64,000 bases of DNA from Candidatus Hermodarchaeota archaeon. Its GTDB lineage: Archaea > Asgardarchaeota > Hermodarchaeia > Hermodarchaeales > Hermodarchaeaceae. Position numbers and translations under genes: made by a program. The stretch is from contig JAEOUH010000070.1 in NCBI GenBank assembly GCA_016839365.1, forward strand, positions 4,166-68,165, in the 5' to 3' direction. Position 1 is the first letter of the stretch, and each line of letters starts with the position of its first letter. Below, in pieces: positions 18,189 through 27,554 of this stretch. Under the pieces are notes generated by a model. It was not told where the DNA came from. It saw only the letters and a program-made list of their open reading frames with translations, and searched no databases.

Positions 18189-19109
18189 TTAGTTTCCCAC
18201 CATCCCAAGTTTAGCAATGAGGGCATCGGTTTTCACGCGATGCTTGTCTACACCGATTTCCTGGGGTCGGAATCCCAGACTCAGCGCCATCAGCTCAGTG
18301 AGACTAAGCATTGGGATTTCATAGTGCAGATCCTGCCGTTTCAGCAGCAACTGGGCTTTCTCCAACACATCAAAGCACCCAGGACAGGCTGTAACCAAGC
18401 AATCCACCTTGGCTTCCTGCATCTTTGCTAATTTGAATTTAGCACGTTCTTCCATCGCTTCATCCAGAGAATACAATGACAACGGAAATCCACAACAGAG
18501 CTTCTCCGCCCCATACTCTATCGCCTTAACCCCAAGTGTCTCGATAATGTTATCGAAGTAGGTGACGAACTTACTCTCCGGGCTTTTATACAGTTTACAG
18601 CCATATTGAACCCCGACCTTCAGGTTCGACAATGGCTTCTTAATTGAAGCTTTCAGAGATTGCAAACCAACATCCTCTACAATGACTTCAAGGAAATGCT
18701 TGACTTTGATTTTCCCCTCCAATCTTTTATCAAACAGCGAGAGATGAGAGTTAACCTCTGTCAACAATTCGGGGTCACTCACAATCGCCTCTCTTGCTTC
18801 ATGCAAAGTTTCCCAGCATCCATTGCACAGTGCTAGAATGTCTTCACCTTCGGATTCTGCAAGAGCAAGGTTTCGTGCAGACACATACAACCATGCATCG
18901 TAATCCACTAGTCGAACAATTTCAGGTACCGGACAGCACGTGGCTCCTTCCATGTCGATTAATTTCATTTTCAGTAACGGAGCAATTCGTCGTAGGGAAG
19001 CTTCAGCAAATGGCTGCATTGAAGGGATATAACAACCTAGGAAGAGTGCATAATTTCTGGTCATTTGCTGATCCCTACTCGTCTCTTTCATCCCACATGG
19101 CCTTGTCAT
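18189..19109 (-). CDS. HdrB-like protein with two CCG domains (heterodisulfide reductase subunit B family)
   Basis: YALFLGCYIP start block. CCG-type motifs ATCCPVP...CNGCW and LCCGFPL...ACPGCF. The true start may be an internal Met (19091 or 19064). The stop abuts the NuoC-like start. Confidence 0.75.
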   Translation of the reverse strand: MTRPCGMKETSRDQQMTRNYALFLGCYIPSMQPFAEASLRRIAPLLKMKLIDMEGATCCPVPEIVRLVDYDAWLYVSARNLALAESEGEDILALCNGCWETLHEAREAIVSDPELLTEVNSHLSLFDKRLEGKIKVKHFLEVIVEDVGLQSLKASIKKPLSNLKVGVQYGCKLYKSPESKFVTYFDNIIETLGVKAIEYGAEKLCCGFPLSLYSLDEAMEERAKFKLAKMQEAKVDCLVTACPGCFDVLEKAQLLLKRQDLHYEIPMLSLTELMALSLGFRPQEIGVDKHRVKTDALIAKLGMVGN

Positions 19110-19341
19110 AAAGGTCAGTGCCTTTCACTAGTTCTTTTAGTTCAAGGCGTGCTTTTTCATCATGATAGGCAGTCGGGGGTTTCCGGTTGATCCCTAGGTT
19201 CTCTCGAATCCTTTCCCGTGTGGATGCGAGTTTTGGGACATGACCCACTCTGATGATATTAACAATTGGATTCTTGAATGACTTTGGAAGTGTTTTCACT
19301 CTCTTTCTCCAAGGATAGAGGGTGAGTTCATCGTCACTCAT
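19075..19341 (-). CDS. small basic protein between polyferredoxin and HdrB-like genes, hypothetical
   Basis: Start taken at the internal ATG 19341 (MSDDELTLYPWRKRV...), which overlaps the ferredoxin stop by 8 nt. No Cys, no known motif. Confidence 0.35.
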   Translation of the reverse strand: MSDDELTLYPWRKRVKTLPKSFKNPIVNIIRVGHVPKLASTRERIRENLGINRKPPTAYHDEKARLELKELVKGTDLYDKAMWDERDE

Positions 19342-19810
19342 TTGGTTTTGACTCCCAGATGTTTTTGGCTTCTCGTCGTGACATGACTTGTAATGCTCCA
19401 GTACTACAATATTCAGCGCATCTTGGTGATCCATCACAGAAGTTGCATTTATTGCTGATACCCAACGACTGCTCGAAAACAGGGACAGCTAGCGGACAGG
19501 CAAAATTACAGGATTTGCAACCAATACAGCGCATCTGATCTATGGTAACGTATCCTTTGTCTGGGTCTTTCATAATCGCTTTAGGTTCAGTTGGACAGGC
19601 TAGTTCGCATAATGGATGCTCACAATGGGTGCAATGAGCGTTAACAAAACGATTCAATCCAACATCTTGTGGAAGCACCCGGAGATAGGCTTTTTCTAGG
19701 TTGGCTTCTTCATGATGGTAAAAAGAACACGCTATCATGCAATAATAACAGCCGGAACACTTCTCCGGATCATATACCAGTACTTTCTGGTTCAGAAATT
19801 CATCCGACAT
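19334..19810 (-). CDS. 4-cluster [4Fe-4S] polyferredoxin (DmsB/HybA/NrfC-like)
   Basis: CSGCYYCMIAC, CTHCEHPLCELACP, CIGCKSCNFACP and CNFCDGSPRCAEYC. The ATG at 19810 is preceded by GGAAGGA. The ORF extends to 19933, overlapping the upstream gene. Confidence 0.8.
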   Translation of the reverse strand: MSDEFLNQKVLVYDPEKCSGCYYCMIACSFYHHEEANLEKAYLRVLPQDVGLNRFVNAHCTHCEHPLCELACPTEPKAIMKDPDKGYVTIDQMRCIGCKSCNFACPLAVPVFEQSLGISNKCNFCDGSPRCAEYCSTGALQVMSRREAKNIWESKPNE

Positions 19811-19893
19811 TCGGGTCCTTCCACGGGCAATCTGCATGTCGGAATAATACGTACGGTATGCGCCTATAAATGTATAAACCCGTACAAGTGGTT

Positions 19894-21174
19894 CTAGCAC
19901 GTATGCAAGTAATGAACGGAGCAGGAAATGCACGGATCATAAGCCCGTATGAGCATATTAAGCTTCAATTCAGCTTCTTCTTTAGACAAATCTTGCAAAG
20001 TGGGGGCAAGTGCCCGAATGTCTGCTTCGATGTTGGCATAATTCATGGCGGTAGGTGTGATTACATCTGCGGATGTCACCTTCCCCCGTGCATCAAAGGC
20101 ATATCGATGGATGAGGACACCTCGTGGGGCTTCAACTGCGGCTGCACTCATTCCAGCCCGGGCCTCGTGTTTCGCCACATGAGGTTCTAATTTTGTCCTT
20201 CGGAGCTCATCGATGATTTCAATCGCATGGTCAAGATAATGCAGATATTCGATGGCTTGGCCAATATTCATTTGGAAAATATCATAGCTAGGAAGTTTCA
20301 GGCCTACCTGTTGAATCATCTGCTTTGCGGTATCAGAGAGTTGATCATATGCTATGTTCAATCGAGCTAGTGAGCCAACCACAAAGGGTGTGCCTTTAAT
20401 TTCACTGAATTTTGCATGAGCATAGGGCACGTTTCGTTCTTTTATCATGGTTTGATACTCGGGTACAGAGATTTGCAGCCCCATATCTGTAACCAGTTGT
20501 CCGTCATGAATCGGGTATTCCTTGGGGTGCTTGACAGCTAAGTATTGGCTTCGCCTAACAAGTTGTGGGTCGGTAAAATTCCCCATCAATTCAATCTGTC
20601 CCTTTGCGTCTGGGATTGCAGCCCGAAGCCGTTTCTTCATCGACTCCAATTGCGTTAGGGAGGGAACATGTGTAAATCCACCCACCACTGCACAGAGTGG
20701 GTGTGTGTGCCTTCCTCCAACCAGTTCCATAAGCTCGTTTCCAAGCTTTTTGAGCTGTAAGGCTCGTTGCACTTCTTTTTGATATTTCGGGAGCATTTCT
20801 ACTATATTTCGGGCTCCGACGTAGTCCGGCAGGGCAAGAAAATTGATGTGGAGTGCGTGGCTCTCGAGCATATCTCCTAACAACATGAGCTTTCGGAGTT
20901 GTATTGTTTGGTGACTCGGTTCGATCCGTAATGCGGCTTCCACAGCCCTTAATGCAGCTACGGCATGGGAATGGCTGCAAATGCCACAGATGCGGGACAT
21001 GACGTGGGAGACTTCAGCGAAGCACTGATTTCTAAGGAAAGCTTCGAACAGGCGCGTTCCTTCGGTGACACGCATTTCAACGTGTGGCTCTTTGCCTTTT
21101 TGCAGCTCTACAAAGAGATCACCATGCCCTTCGACTCGGGCTATATGATGGATGTCGAATTTTGCTACAACCAT
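19894..21174 (-). CDS. hydA: group 3b [NiFe]-hydrogenase (sulfhydrogenase) large subunit alpha
   Basis: RICGICSHSH and C-terminal DPCISCSVH Ni-Fe motifs. Follows the beta-gamma-delta genes in the Pyrococcus hydBGDA order. Confidence 0.9.
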   Translation of the reverse strand: MVVAKFDIHHIARVEGHGDLFVELQKGKEPHVEMRVTEGTRLFEAFLRNQCFAEVSHVMSRICGICSHSHAVAALRAVEAALRIEPSHQTIQLRKLMLLGDMLESHALHINFLALPDYVGARNIVEMLPKYQKEVQRALQLKKLGNELMELVGGRHTHPLCAVVGGFTHVPSLTQLESMKKRLRAAIPDAKGQIELMGNFTDPQLVRRSQYLAVKHPKEYPIHDGQLVTDMGLQISVPEYQTMIKERNVPYAHAKFSEIKGTPFVVGSLARLNIAYDQLSDTAKQMIQQVGLKLPSYDIFQMNIGQAIEYLHYLDHAIEIIDELRRTKLEPHVAKHEARAGMSAAAVEAPRGVLIHRYAFDARGKVTSADVITPTAMNYANIEADIRALAPTLQDLSKEEAELKLNMLIRAYDPCISCSVHYLHTC

Positions 21175-21956
21175 TCGATGTCTAACCTCTTTTTCAGCTG
21201 CTTCATGAAGTCTTCCATGGAAGCATTAAACATACGGAATTTCCTAACGACAACATCAAAACTCGCTCCCTTTTGTGAGAACATGTTGATCTCCGATTCC
21301 ACGTTGGCTTGAGGGACTGGGCCCCAACAACCTTCACATGGGAAGCCAACACTGGGACATCGTGCTCCGCATCCAGCACGTGTTATCGGACCTAAACAGA
21401 GTTCTCCTTCCTTCATCAGACAGATATTTTCTTTAAGACGACATTCCACACATACAGCATAGTTTTTCTCTGAAGGCTCTCCACCGGTCAGTAGGGCTGT
21501 GAGGAACTCGATAAATTCATCACCGGCTATAGGGCAGCCCTGTAACTCATAATCAACCTTGACGTATTCCTTCAAAGGTTGGATTTGCGGAAGTGTTCGT
21601 ACATGTGAGGCATCCCCATATACACTTTGTTTGAGCTCTTCGATATTTCGACCATTTCGAAGAGCATTAACGCCACCTGTGGTTGCACATGCACCTAAGG
21701 CAACTAACACCTTTGATTTTTCTCGGAGTTCTTTGAGATGGGCAAGTTCTGCTTCATTTGTGACAGATCCTTCGACGAAGCAGACATCATACGGTCCCGG
21801 ATGTTTTGCAGAGCTACCCATCCGAAATTGCACGAGGTTAATATGTCCAAGAATCTCCAAGAGCTCTTCTTCCAGATTGAGAACCTCGAGCTGGCATCCG
21901 GCACAGCAGGTTAAGCCGTAAAAAGCAACGACGGGTTTCGATTTCTCTGTGGGCAT
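21165..21956 (-). CDS. hydD: group 3b hydrogenase small subunit delta
   Basis: YGLTCCAGCQLE proximal-cluster motif, GACATTGG, plus distal Cys clusters CVECRLKENICL and GCGARCPS..PCEGCWG. Confidence 0.85.
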   Translation of the reverse strand: MPTEKSKPVVAFYGLTCCAGCQLEVLNLEEELLEILGHINLVQFRMGSSAKHPGPYDVCFVEGSVTNEAELAHLKELREKSKVLVALGACATTGGVNALRNGRNIEELKQSVYGDASHVRTLPQIQPLKEYVKVDYELQGCPIAGDEFIEFLTALLTGGEPSEKNYAVCVECRLKENICLMKEGELCLGPITRAGCGARCPSVGFPCEGCWGPVPQANVESEINMFSQKGASFDVVVRKFRMFNASMEDFMKQLKKRLDIEWL

Positions 21957-21978
21957 ATATTGAATTCCTCCCGGTTCC

Positions 21979-22836
21979 TTATACTGCTCCTCGTTGTGCC
22001 TTCACCTCTGCATAGCTAAACACTGGCCCATCTTGGCAGACGAATTTCGACCCCACAAGACAATGGCTGCAATGTCCGACACCGCATTTCATGCGGCGTT
22101 CGAGGGACAAGAAAACCCGATCATCAGGTAATCCAATCTTTTCTAATTCACGCAATACGAACTTGTACATGATGGGGGGTCCACATACAAGCGCATAGGT
22201 GTCTTTGGGCGAAATGTTGATACGGTCAAAAAGAACCGTAACAACGCCGATGTTTCCAGCCCAACAATGTTCATCATCCCGGTCAACGGTAGCGACATAT
22301 TCGATATCCCGTCGGTTGCCCCAAAGATAGAGTTCATCTTTAAAGAGGAGCTCCTCTGGGCACCGAGCACCATACATGATCTGTAATTTCCCGTAATTGT
22401 CTCGGTTCTCAATAACGTCGAGGATTGCTGGTCGCAGGGGTACTAGGCCAATTCCACCACCAATGATAACGATATTTTTCCCTTTCACTTCATCCATGGG
22501 CCATCCATGTCCAAACGGTCCACGGAATCCCACGACACTGTCTGGATTTAGGTTTTGAAGAACATTGGTTAACTTACCAACTGAGCGAATACAGAGATCG
22601 AATGAATCAGTCTTATTTGGAGATGAGCAAATGCCAAAAGGAGCCTCTCCATATCCAAAGATCGACAGGAGTATGAACTGACCTGGTGTAAAGGTGAACT
22701 GCTTTTGGATTCCTGGGTCAACATACTCAAAGGTATAAAGATTAGTATCGGGAGTCTGTGGCGTTATTCTCACTAGACGGGCCTTATTGTACTGGTAAGC
22801 GTTTTTCTCATGACGAAGTGAAACAGGATAGGTCAT
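21979..22836 (-). CDS. hydG: sulfhydrogenase gamma subunit (FAD/NAD(P)-binding, 2Fe-2S; AsrB-like)
   Basis: Ferredoxin-NADP reductase-like fold blocks (PGQF..LS, IIGGGIGLVPL) and C-terminal CGVGHCSHC ... C cluster motif. Confidence 0.85.
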   Translation of the reverse strand: MTYPVSLRHEKNAYQYNKARLVRITPQTPDTNLYTFEYVDPGIQKQFTFTPGQFILLSIFGYGEAPFGICSSPNKTDSFDLCIRSVGKLTNVLQNLNPDSVVGFRGPFGHGWPMDEVKGKNIVIIGGGIGLVPLRPAILDVIENRDNYGKLQIMYGARCPEELLFKDELYLWGNRRDIEYVATVDRDDEHCWAGNIGVVTVLFDRINISPKDTYALVCGPPIMYKFVLRELEKIGLPDDRVFLSLERRMKCGVGHCSHCLVGSKFVCQDGPVFSYAEVKAQRGAV

Positions 22837-22840
22837 CTTG

Positions 22841-23959
22841 TTAGGTTCCTCCCTCTTGGATATCGGTCAATAATTCAATCATATCAATATCTGCGGGGCA
22901 AGTTCGGGTGCATCGTCCACAGCCTACACAGCCTATTACTTGGATTTGTTCAGGCTCAATCCAGAATTTATGGTAGATGCGGAATCGCACACGCGACGGA
23001 ATAGTTGGCCGGAAATTATGACCTCCTGCAACTAGGGCAAAATCTACGAGTTGACAGGAATCCCAATTGCGAACACGAGAACCTTGGTTTAAATCCAGTT
23101 CTACTCGGTCCTTCACATCAAAACAGAAGCAGGTGGGGCAAACTAGGGTACAGGCACCACATCCAAAACACCGATTTCCCAAACGGGCCCACATCTCTCC
23201 TTCATAACCTACCTGCAATCGTTCTGGAAGCTTCTCGAATTCGGGGATAAGATCAGGAAAGGTGTCTTCTCGACTAGTGAGGAGCTGTTCGACGCTTTTG
23301 CTTTGTTCTTTTGATGCAGATGAGAAAAGTGATTTCGTGTAATCTATTACTAACTGCCCAGTTTCGGTGAGAACATCCACATAGTAGCTATCATGGAGTT
23401 CTGTGAGCATTAGATCTGCACCTTCGGTGGACGAGAGTGTCATTGTTGACTTACAGAAACTCTCTTCGCACGGTGTAAGGCAATTCAACCCGATGATAAT
23501 CCCCCTTTCACGTCGATGGGTTCGATAAGGATCAGGATAGACTTGGGTGAGAATTTTATCGTGAAACTTTATGGCTGCTAGATCACATGAATGGATGCCA
23601 ACTATCACAAATCGCTTCCCGTTCCAGAGGGTGGCTTCTTCGCTTTCTTCTAGCGGGCTAGTTATGTTGAGTTGAGGGCTTAAGGAAAAACGGACCATTT
23701 CTTCTTGGGGCGGTATGAAGTACTTCTTTGGCGGAAGAATAGTTGTATCATAATCCAACCGCAGCTGGGATCCCTCACTGATTTCATCAAAGACAAACTG
23801 GGTTTTCTTCGCCACTGGTCCATAAACAGTCAAAATATGGGTGAGTTTTTTAATAAATGGAGTAATGTCTCCTTTCTTTAAGATCAGTGGACTTGTTGTA
23901 CTTCTAGGGGCCATGATAATCACCCACTCGTTGAGAACCTTTTCTGGTAGAAGACCCAT
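22841..23959 (-). CDS. hydB: sulfhydrogenase beta subunit (4Fe-4S; AsrA-like)
   Basis: CFGCGACTLVCPTCFC and CVGCGRCTRTCP motifs. Size and position match HydB/AsrA. Confidence 0.85.
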   Translation of the reverse strand: MGLLPEKVLNEWVIIMAPRSTTSPLILKKGDITPFIKKLTHILTVYGPVAKKTQFVFDEISEGSQLRLDYDTTILPPKKYFIPPQEEMVRFSLSPQLNITSPLEESEEATLWNGKRFVIVGIHSCDLAAIKFHDKILTQVYPDPYRTHRRERGIIIGLNCLTPCEESFCKSTMTLSSTEGADLMLTELHDSYYVDVLTETGQLVIDYTKSLFSSASKEQSKSVEQLLTSREDTFPDLIPEFEKLPERLQVGYEGEMWARLGNRCFGCGACTLVCPTCFCFDVKDRVELDLNQGSRVRNWDSCQLVDFALVAGGHNFRPTIPSRVRFRIYHKFWIEPEQIQVIGCVGCGRCTRTCPADIDMIELLTDIQEGGT

Positions 23960-24052
23960 CGCTAACCCTTGTTGCGAGGTTAAAATGTCTTAGGCTAGTT
24001 CAACTTAGCACTTTTTGGGTTTTCTGAACTTTCTATGATGAATCCCAACGCC

Positions 24053-24060
24053 TTTATAAG
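24053..24060. promoter_or_regulatory. palindromic TATA-like box in the divergent promoter region between hydB and the TrmB-like gene
   Basis: TTTATAAG (reverse strand CTTATAAA) lies about 95 nt from each divergent start codon. Position only, no transcript data. Confidence 0.3.
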
Positions 24061-24149
24061 CAACGCTGTGAGCGATAAAGAATTAATTAGGAGTTCCCTT
24101 AGAGAGGAGCACTGTAAAGGTTTGATTCACCTAATATCGGGGTTATCTT

Positions 24150-26042
24150 ATGGAGGCAAACCAACAAACGGAGTCTGGGGTAAATAAACAACCCTCGCTC
24201 GCTGACCTATTACAAGTATCGCAGCCTGCAATCAGTCTCTATTTTGAACTTGCCACAGGACTTTCTCCTGCTCCATTGACCGAGATTCAGGAACAGCATG
24301 GCTTATCCATGAAGAAAGCGGATCAGTACCTCACTGAACTCCAAACCTGTGGATTGGTCCGGCGCAATCCCGACGAAACCTATGAGGCTGTCGCCCCAGT
24401 TGAAGCAGTCATGATTGCTCTCACCCGAGTACGTGATCTTTTACGTCAACTTCGCACAGATTTTCCAGAACGAGTTGAAACTGGTATCCCTGGAATCGAT
24501 GCTTCAGTTAGAAAAGAAGTTGAAACACTCCCCTATCAGTTAGAAAAGCTTCGGACGAATATTGACCAGAGACTTGATACCGCCTTTGAAGGTTTTCGTG
24601 GTAAAGCTGAGTCCATGCGAGCATCCCCTGCCTTTGAAGTGTTTACAGATGAGCTTCAAGCAAAGATACTCTCAGAAGTGGATGAGCGTATGATGGAAAC
24701 CCGAAATCGACTCAATGATTTTGAATCGATTGATGTTTTTATCAATGTCCTTAACAAACTGAATAACGACGTGTTTGACATCGTCAACATATCACTATCA
24801 GATATGCGTGAACAATCCTTCCGGCTCCACGAATTAGAGGACTTCCGTGAAACCCTTATTGAGCTCTGGAATGTCACCCCCTCTGTTGTCGAAGAGCACT
24901 TAGCAGACTTTGAGCAGGAAATGAGTGTCTTGGAAGCGTCACTCGGTGACCTTATGGAGACTAAATATCGGCTCGGGGCTTTTAAAGGGGTTATTGAGAA
25001 CTTCGCTCGAGACCACATCATGACCGCTGTAAAACGACTCAAGGCTAATTTTCAGATTTCTCTAACTGAAGCTATCCAGGATCACTTACAAGAGGCTCAG
25101 GAACGCTTCGAAGAGGTTGCGAAATCAGCCCATCAAGAGTTCGATAAACTGCGGGAACAACTGGCTGAATGGGTTCGTAACGCTCTGGATTTAGCCTTTA
25201 ATGAAGTAATTCAACGGAATCAGAAAGCTACCACGGAATTAGCTGATCGCTTTGCCGACCTAACACTCGCTTTTCAATCCCAGTTTGCTGAAGGACTTGA
25301 AGATTCCGTGAAGCAAGTCAAACTCCAAGCTCGCGAACTCGACACCCACATAGCTAAAATTCCTGACATCATTGACAAGCTGCGAACGCAAGAGTTTACT
25401 TCACAACTTGATCAGATGGTGACTCAAAGCGAACAGCATTTAACAAAAATCACCCATGATATCCCAAAGGTCTTCTCAGAGTGGCGAACTCAATATATCC
25501 AATCCACAAACGCACAACTCGCTAGTCTGCTTGAGGAGGCGGAAGGACATGTTACCCTTGCTACTCAAAGTGTCAACCAGTTCTGGCGTCGATCTAAGGA
25601 ATCTGAACCTTCAACCTTTGATCTGTATCAATTTGTAGTTGGAGAAAAGGAATTCTATTCCTATATGGCCAGTCAAATCTCCCGGGCTCGAAGTCAACTC
25701 TTCATCATTCTTCCTCGAGCTATTCGAATCAAAGTCAAGCTCTTAAAAATGATCCCAAGCGATGTTCGCGTACGCATCGTTGTCGCTGACACGCCTGCAA
25801 CGAAAATAGTCCAAAGCTTGCAGCGTCTAGCAGCGCAGAACTCCAACTACCAGCTCCGTCACGATCCTCGTGGAGACCTATGGGGAGTCATTCATGATAA
25901 GGAAGAAATCATCTTAGGAAATACTTCAAAGGGCACAGTAAACGTTGTTGGGATTGCGTCAAGTCATGAAGACCACGTAGATATGCTCCGCTCTATCATG
26001 GAGACCCGTTGGCTCCATGCGCGCAGCCTACCATCACAATAG
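24150..26042 (+). CDS. TrmB-like transcriptional regulator with a roughly 400-aa coiled-coil insertion
   Basis: N-terminal wHTH (LADLLQVSQPAISLYFEL...LTELQTCGLVRR...YEAVAP). C-terminal TrmB-type domain (FYSYMASQISRARSQLFII ... GDLWGVIHDKEEIILG). The middle is long and Glu/Leu/Gln-rich helical. Confidence 0.6.
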   Translation: MEANQQTESGVNKQPSLADLLQVSQPAISLYFELATGLSPAPLTEIQEQHGLSMKKADQYLTELQTCGLVRRNPDETYEAVAPVEAVMIALTRVRDLLRQLRTDFPERVETGIPGIDASVRKEVETLPYQLEKLRTNIDQRLDTAFEGFRGKAESMRASPAFEVFTDELQAKILSEVDERMMETRNRLNDFESIDVFINVLNKLNNDVFDIVNISLSDMREQSFRLHELEDFRETLIELWNVTPSVVEEHLADFEQEMSVLEASLGDLMETKYRLGAFKGVIENFARDHIMTAVKRLKANFQISLTEAIQDHLQEAQERFEEVAKSAHQEFDKLREQLAEWVRNALDLAFNEVIQRNQKATTELADRFADLTLAFQSQFAEGLEDSVKQVKLQARELDTHIAKIPDIIDKLRTQEFTSQLDQMVTQSEQHLTKITHDIPKVFSEWRTQYIQSTNAQLASLLEEAEGHVTLATQSVNQFWRRSKESEPSTFDLYQFVVGEKEFYSYMASQISRARSQLFIILPRAIRIKVKLLKMIPSDVRVRIVVADTPATKIVQSLQRLAAQNSNYQLRHDPRGDLWGVIHDKEEIILGNTSKGTVNVVGIASSHEDHVDMLRSIMETRWLHARSLPSQ

Positions 26043-26135
26043 GGGTTGCGTAACCGACGCGCTTTTAACAAGCGGACAACACGAGTTGCTTCAAGTGACA
26101 TCAGGTTAGTTAAACGGGAGTTAGTGAGACAATCC

Positions 26136-27554
26136 ATGAACATTCGAAATATCTTAGATGAAATCGATACCCAATTCAGCACGACACTGAACCAGTTACA
26201 AAATTTTCTTCGCCAGCCTAGCATTAGTGGGACAGGAGCTGGAATTAACCGCACCGTTCACCAGGTGTTTACAAAACTAGATTCCCTTAACTTCGAGACG
26301 ACGGTGATCCCCACTCCCAGCAACCCTATTGTCTTTGGTAAAAACACCTCTGCAGGTAAGAAAGCGCCCTCATTACTCATTCATACTTCAATCGATGTGA
26401 TGACAACTGAATCAGAGGCGTGGTGGTCAGTTCCTCCATTTGCTGCTGAAATCAAAGATCACACACGCTTCGGACCCAGCCTCATGGCTAGAGGTGCATA
26501 CACTCAAAAAGCTACACTAATGGCCCTTCTTGAAACCCTTTCAATTATCCAAGAAGTCGATGATACATTCCCCATCAACTTAACCCTTGTTGTGGACAGT
26601 GAAGAAGAAAGCGGCAGCCCAAGTCTCCCGGCATTTGTCAAAGAAAATGAGGAAGAACTGAAGAGGGTTGATGCGGTGTATTATCCTTTCTTTGCTACGG
26701 ATCGAAGAGGTATAGCTAGACTGTTTCTAGGAACCAAAGGCATCGTATTTCTTCGGCTTCACTGTCGGGGACCTTCAAACCGGGATCTTCACTCCGCGGA
26801 AGTCGGTTGGATCCGCAATCCTGCCCATATCCTTGCAAAAGCGCTTTCTAGCTTAGTAGATATTCATGGACACCCTCAAATTCCAGGATTATTAGATGAT
26901 GTCCAACCTCCCACAGAAGAGGATGAACGCCTAATTGTGTTGCTTGCGGAATCCTTCGATCCAGGCATTGCAGCCCTCCAATTAGATGCCAAGAACCTAA
27001 CTATTGAAGCTGATTCCAAAGTTGATCTGCTTCGTCGCTTCCTCTTTGAACCTACTGTCAATATATCAGGAATTCAAACAGGCTATGTAGGCGACTCATT
27101 CAAAACTATTCTTCCCAGGCAAGCCTCTGCTCACATTGATATCCGGCTAACGCCCAACGAAGACCCTCACCGCGTCTTCAAGGTTGTCGAAGATCACCTT
27201 ACCCACCTCGGACTCAGCGGATTAATTGAACTTGAATTGGGCTACACGATGAACTGGTCAAAAAGCTCAGATAACACCCATGTGGCAAAATCTCTCTTAA
27301 AGTCCTACTATGAAGCGGGAGTGGATAATGTGGAAATTTGGCCTATGTTTCCTTCAAGTGTACCTCTCTATGTCTATGCAGAACCGCCATTGAAGAAACC
27401 ATTTGTCATTGGAGGGCTTGGTCACGGCGGCCACGCACATGGTCGCGATGAGTATGTGGTCGTGGAAGGCATCCGCCACTTTCAAAAGGGCTTCACACAC
27501 TTTCTTAATTTCTTCAGCCAAACTGGCAGCAGAAGTAGCGGCGGAAAAACATGA
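26136..27554 (+). CDS. M20 family metallopeptidase / dipeptidase (ArgE/DapE/CPG2-like)
   Basis: LQNFLRQPSISG opening, DSEEESGS metal/catalytic block, GGLGHGGHAHGRDEY C-terminal block. The ATG at 26136 is chosen over the TTG at 26046. Confidence 0.75.
   Translation: MNIRNILDEIDTQFSTTLNQLQNFLRQPSISGTGAGINRTVHQVFTKLDSLNFETTVIPTPSNPIVFGKNTSAGKKAPSLLIHTSIDVMTTESEAWWSVPPFAAEIKDHTRFGPSLMARGAYTQKATLMALLETLSIIQEVDDTFPINLTLVVDSEEESGSPSLPAFVKENEEELKRVDAVYYPFFATDRRGIARLFLGTKGIVFLRLHCRGPSNRDLHSAEVGWIRNPAHILAKALSSLVDIHGHPQIPGLLDDVQPPTEEDERLIVLLAESFDPGIAALQLDAKNLTIEADSKVDLLRRFLFEPTVNISGIQTGYVGDSFKTILPRQASAHIDIRLTPNEDPHRVFKVVEDHLTHLGLSGLIELELGYTMNWSKSSDNTHVAKSLLKSYYEAGVDNVEIWPMFPSSVPLYVYAEPPLKKPFVIGGLGHGGHAHGRDEYVVVEGIRHFQKGFTHFLNFFSQTGSRSSGGKT

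Noticed and set aside
26046-26135. TTG-initiated 30-codon extension of the M20 peptidase ORF
   Set aside because: The extension is highly basic and starts 4 nt after the upstream stop. The family-typical opening (ILDEID...LQNFLRQPSISG) begins right after the ATG at 26136.
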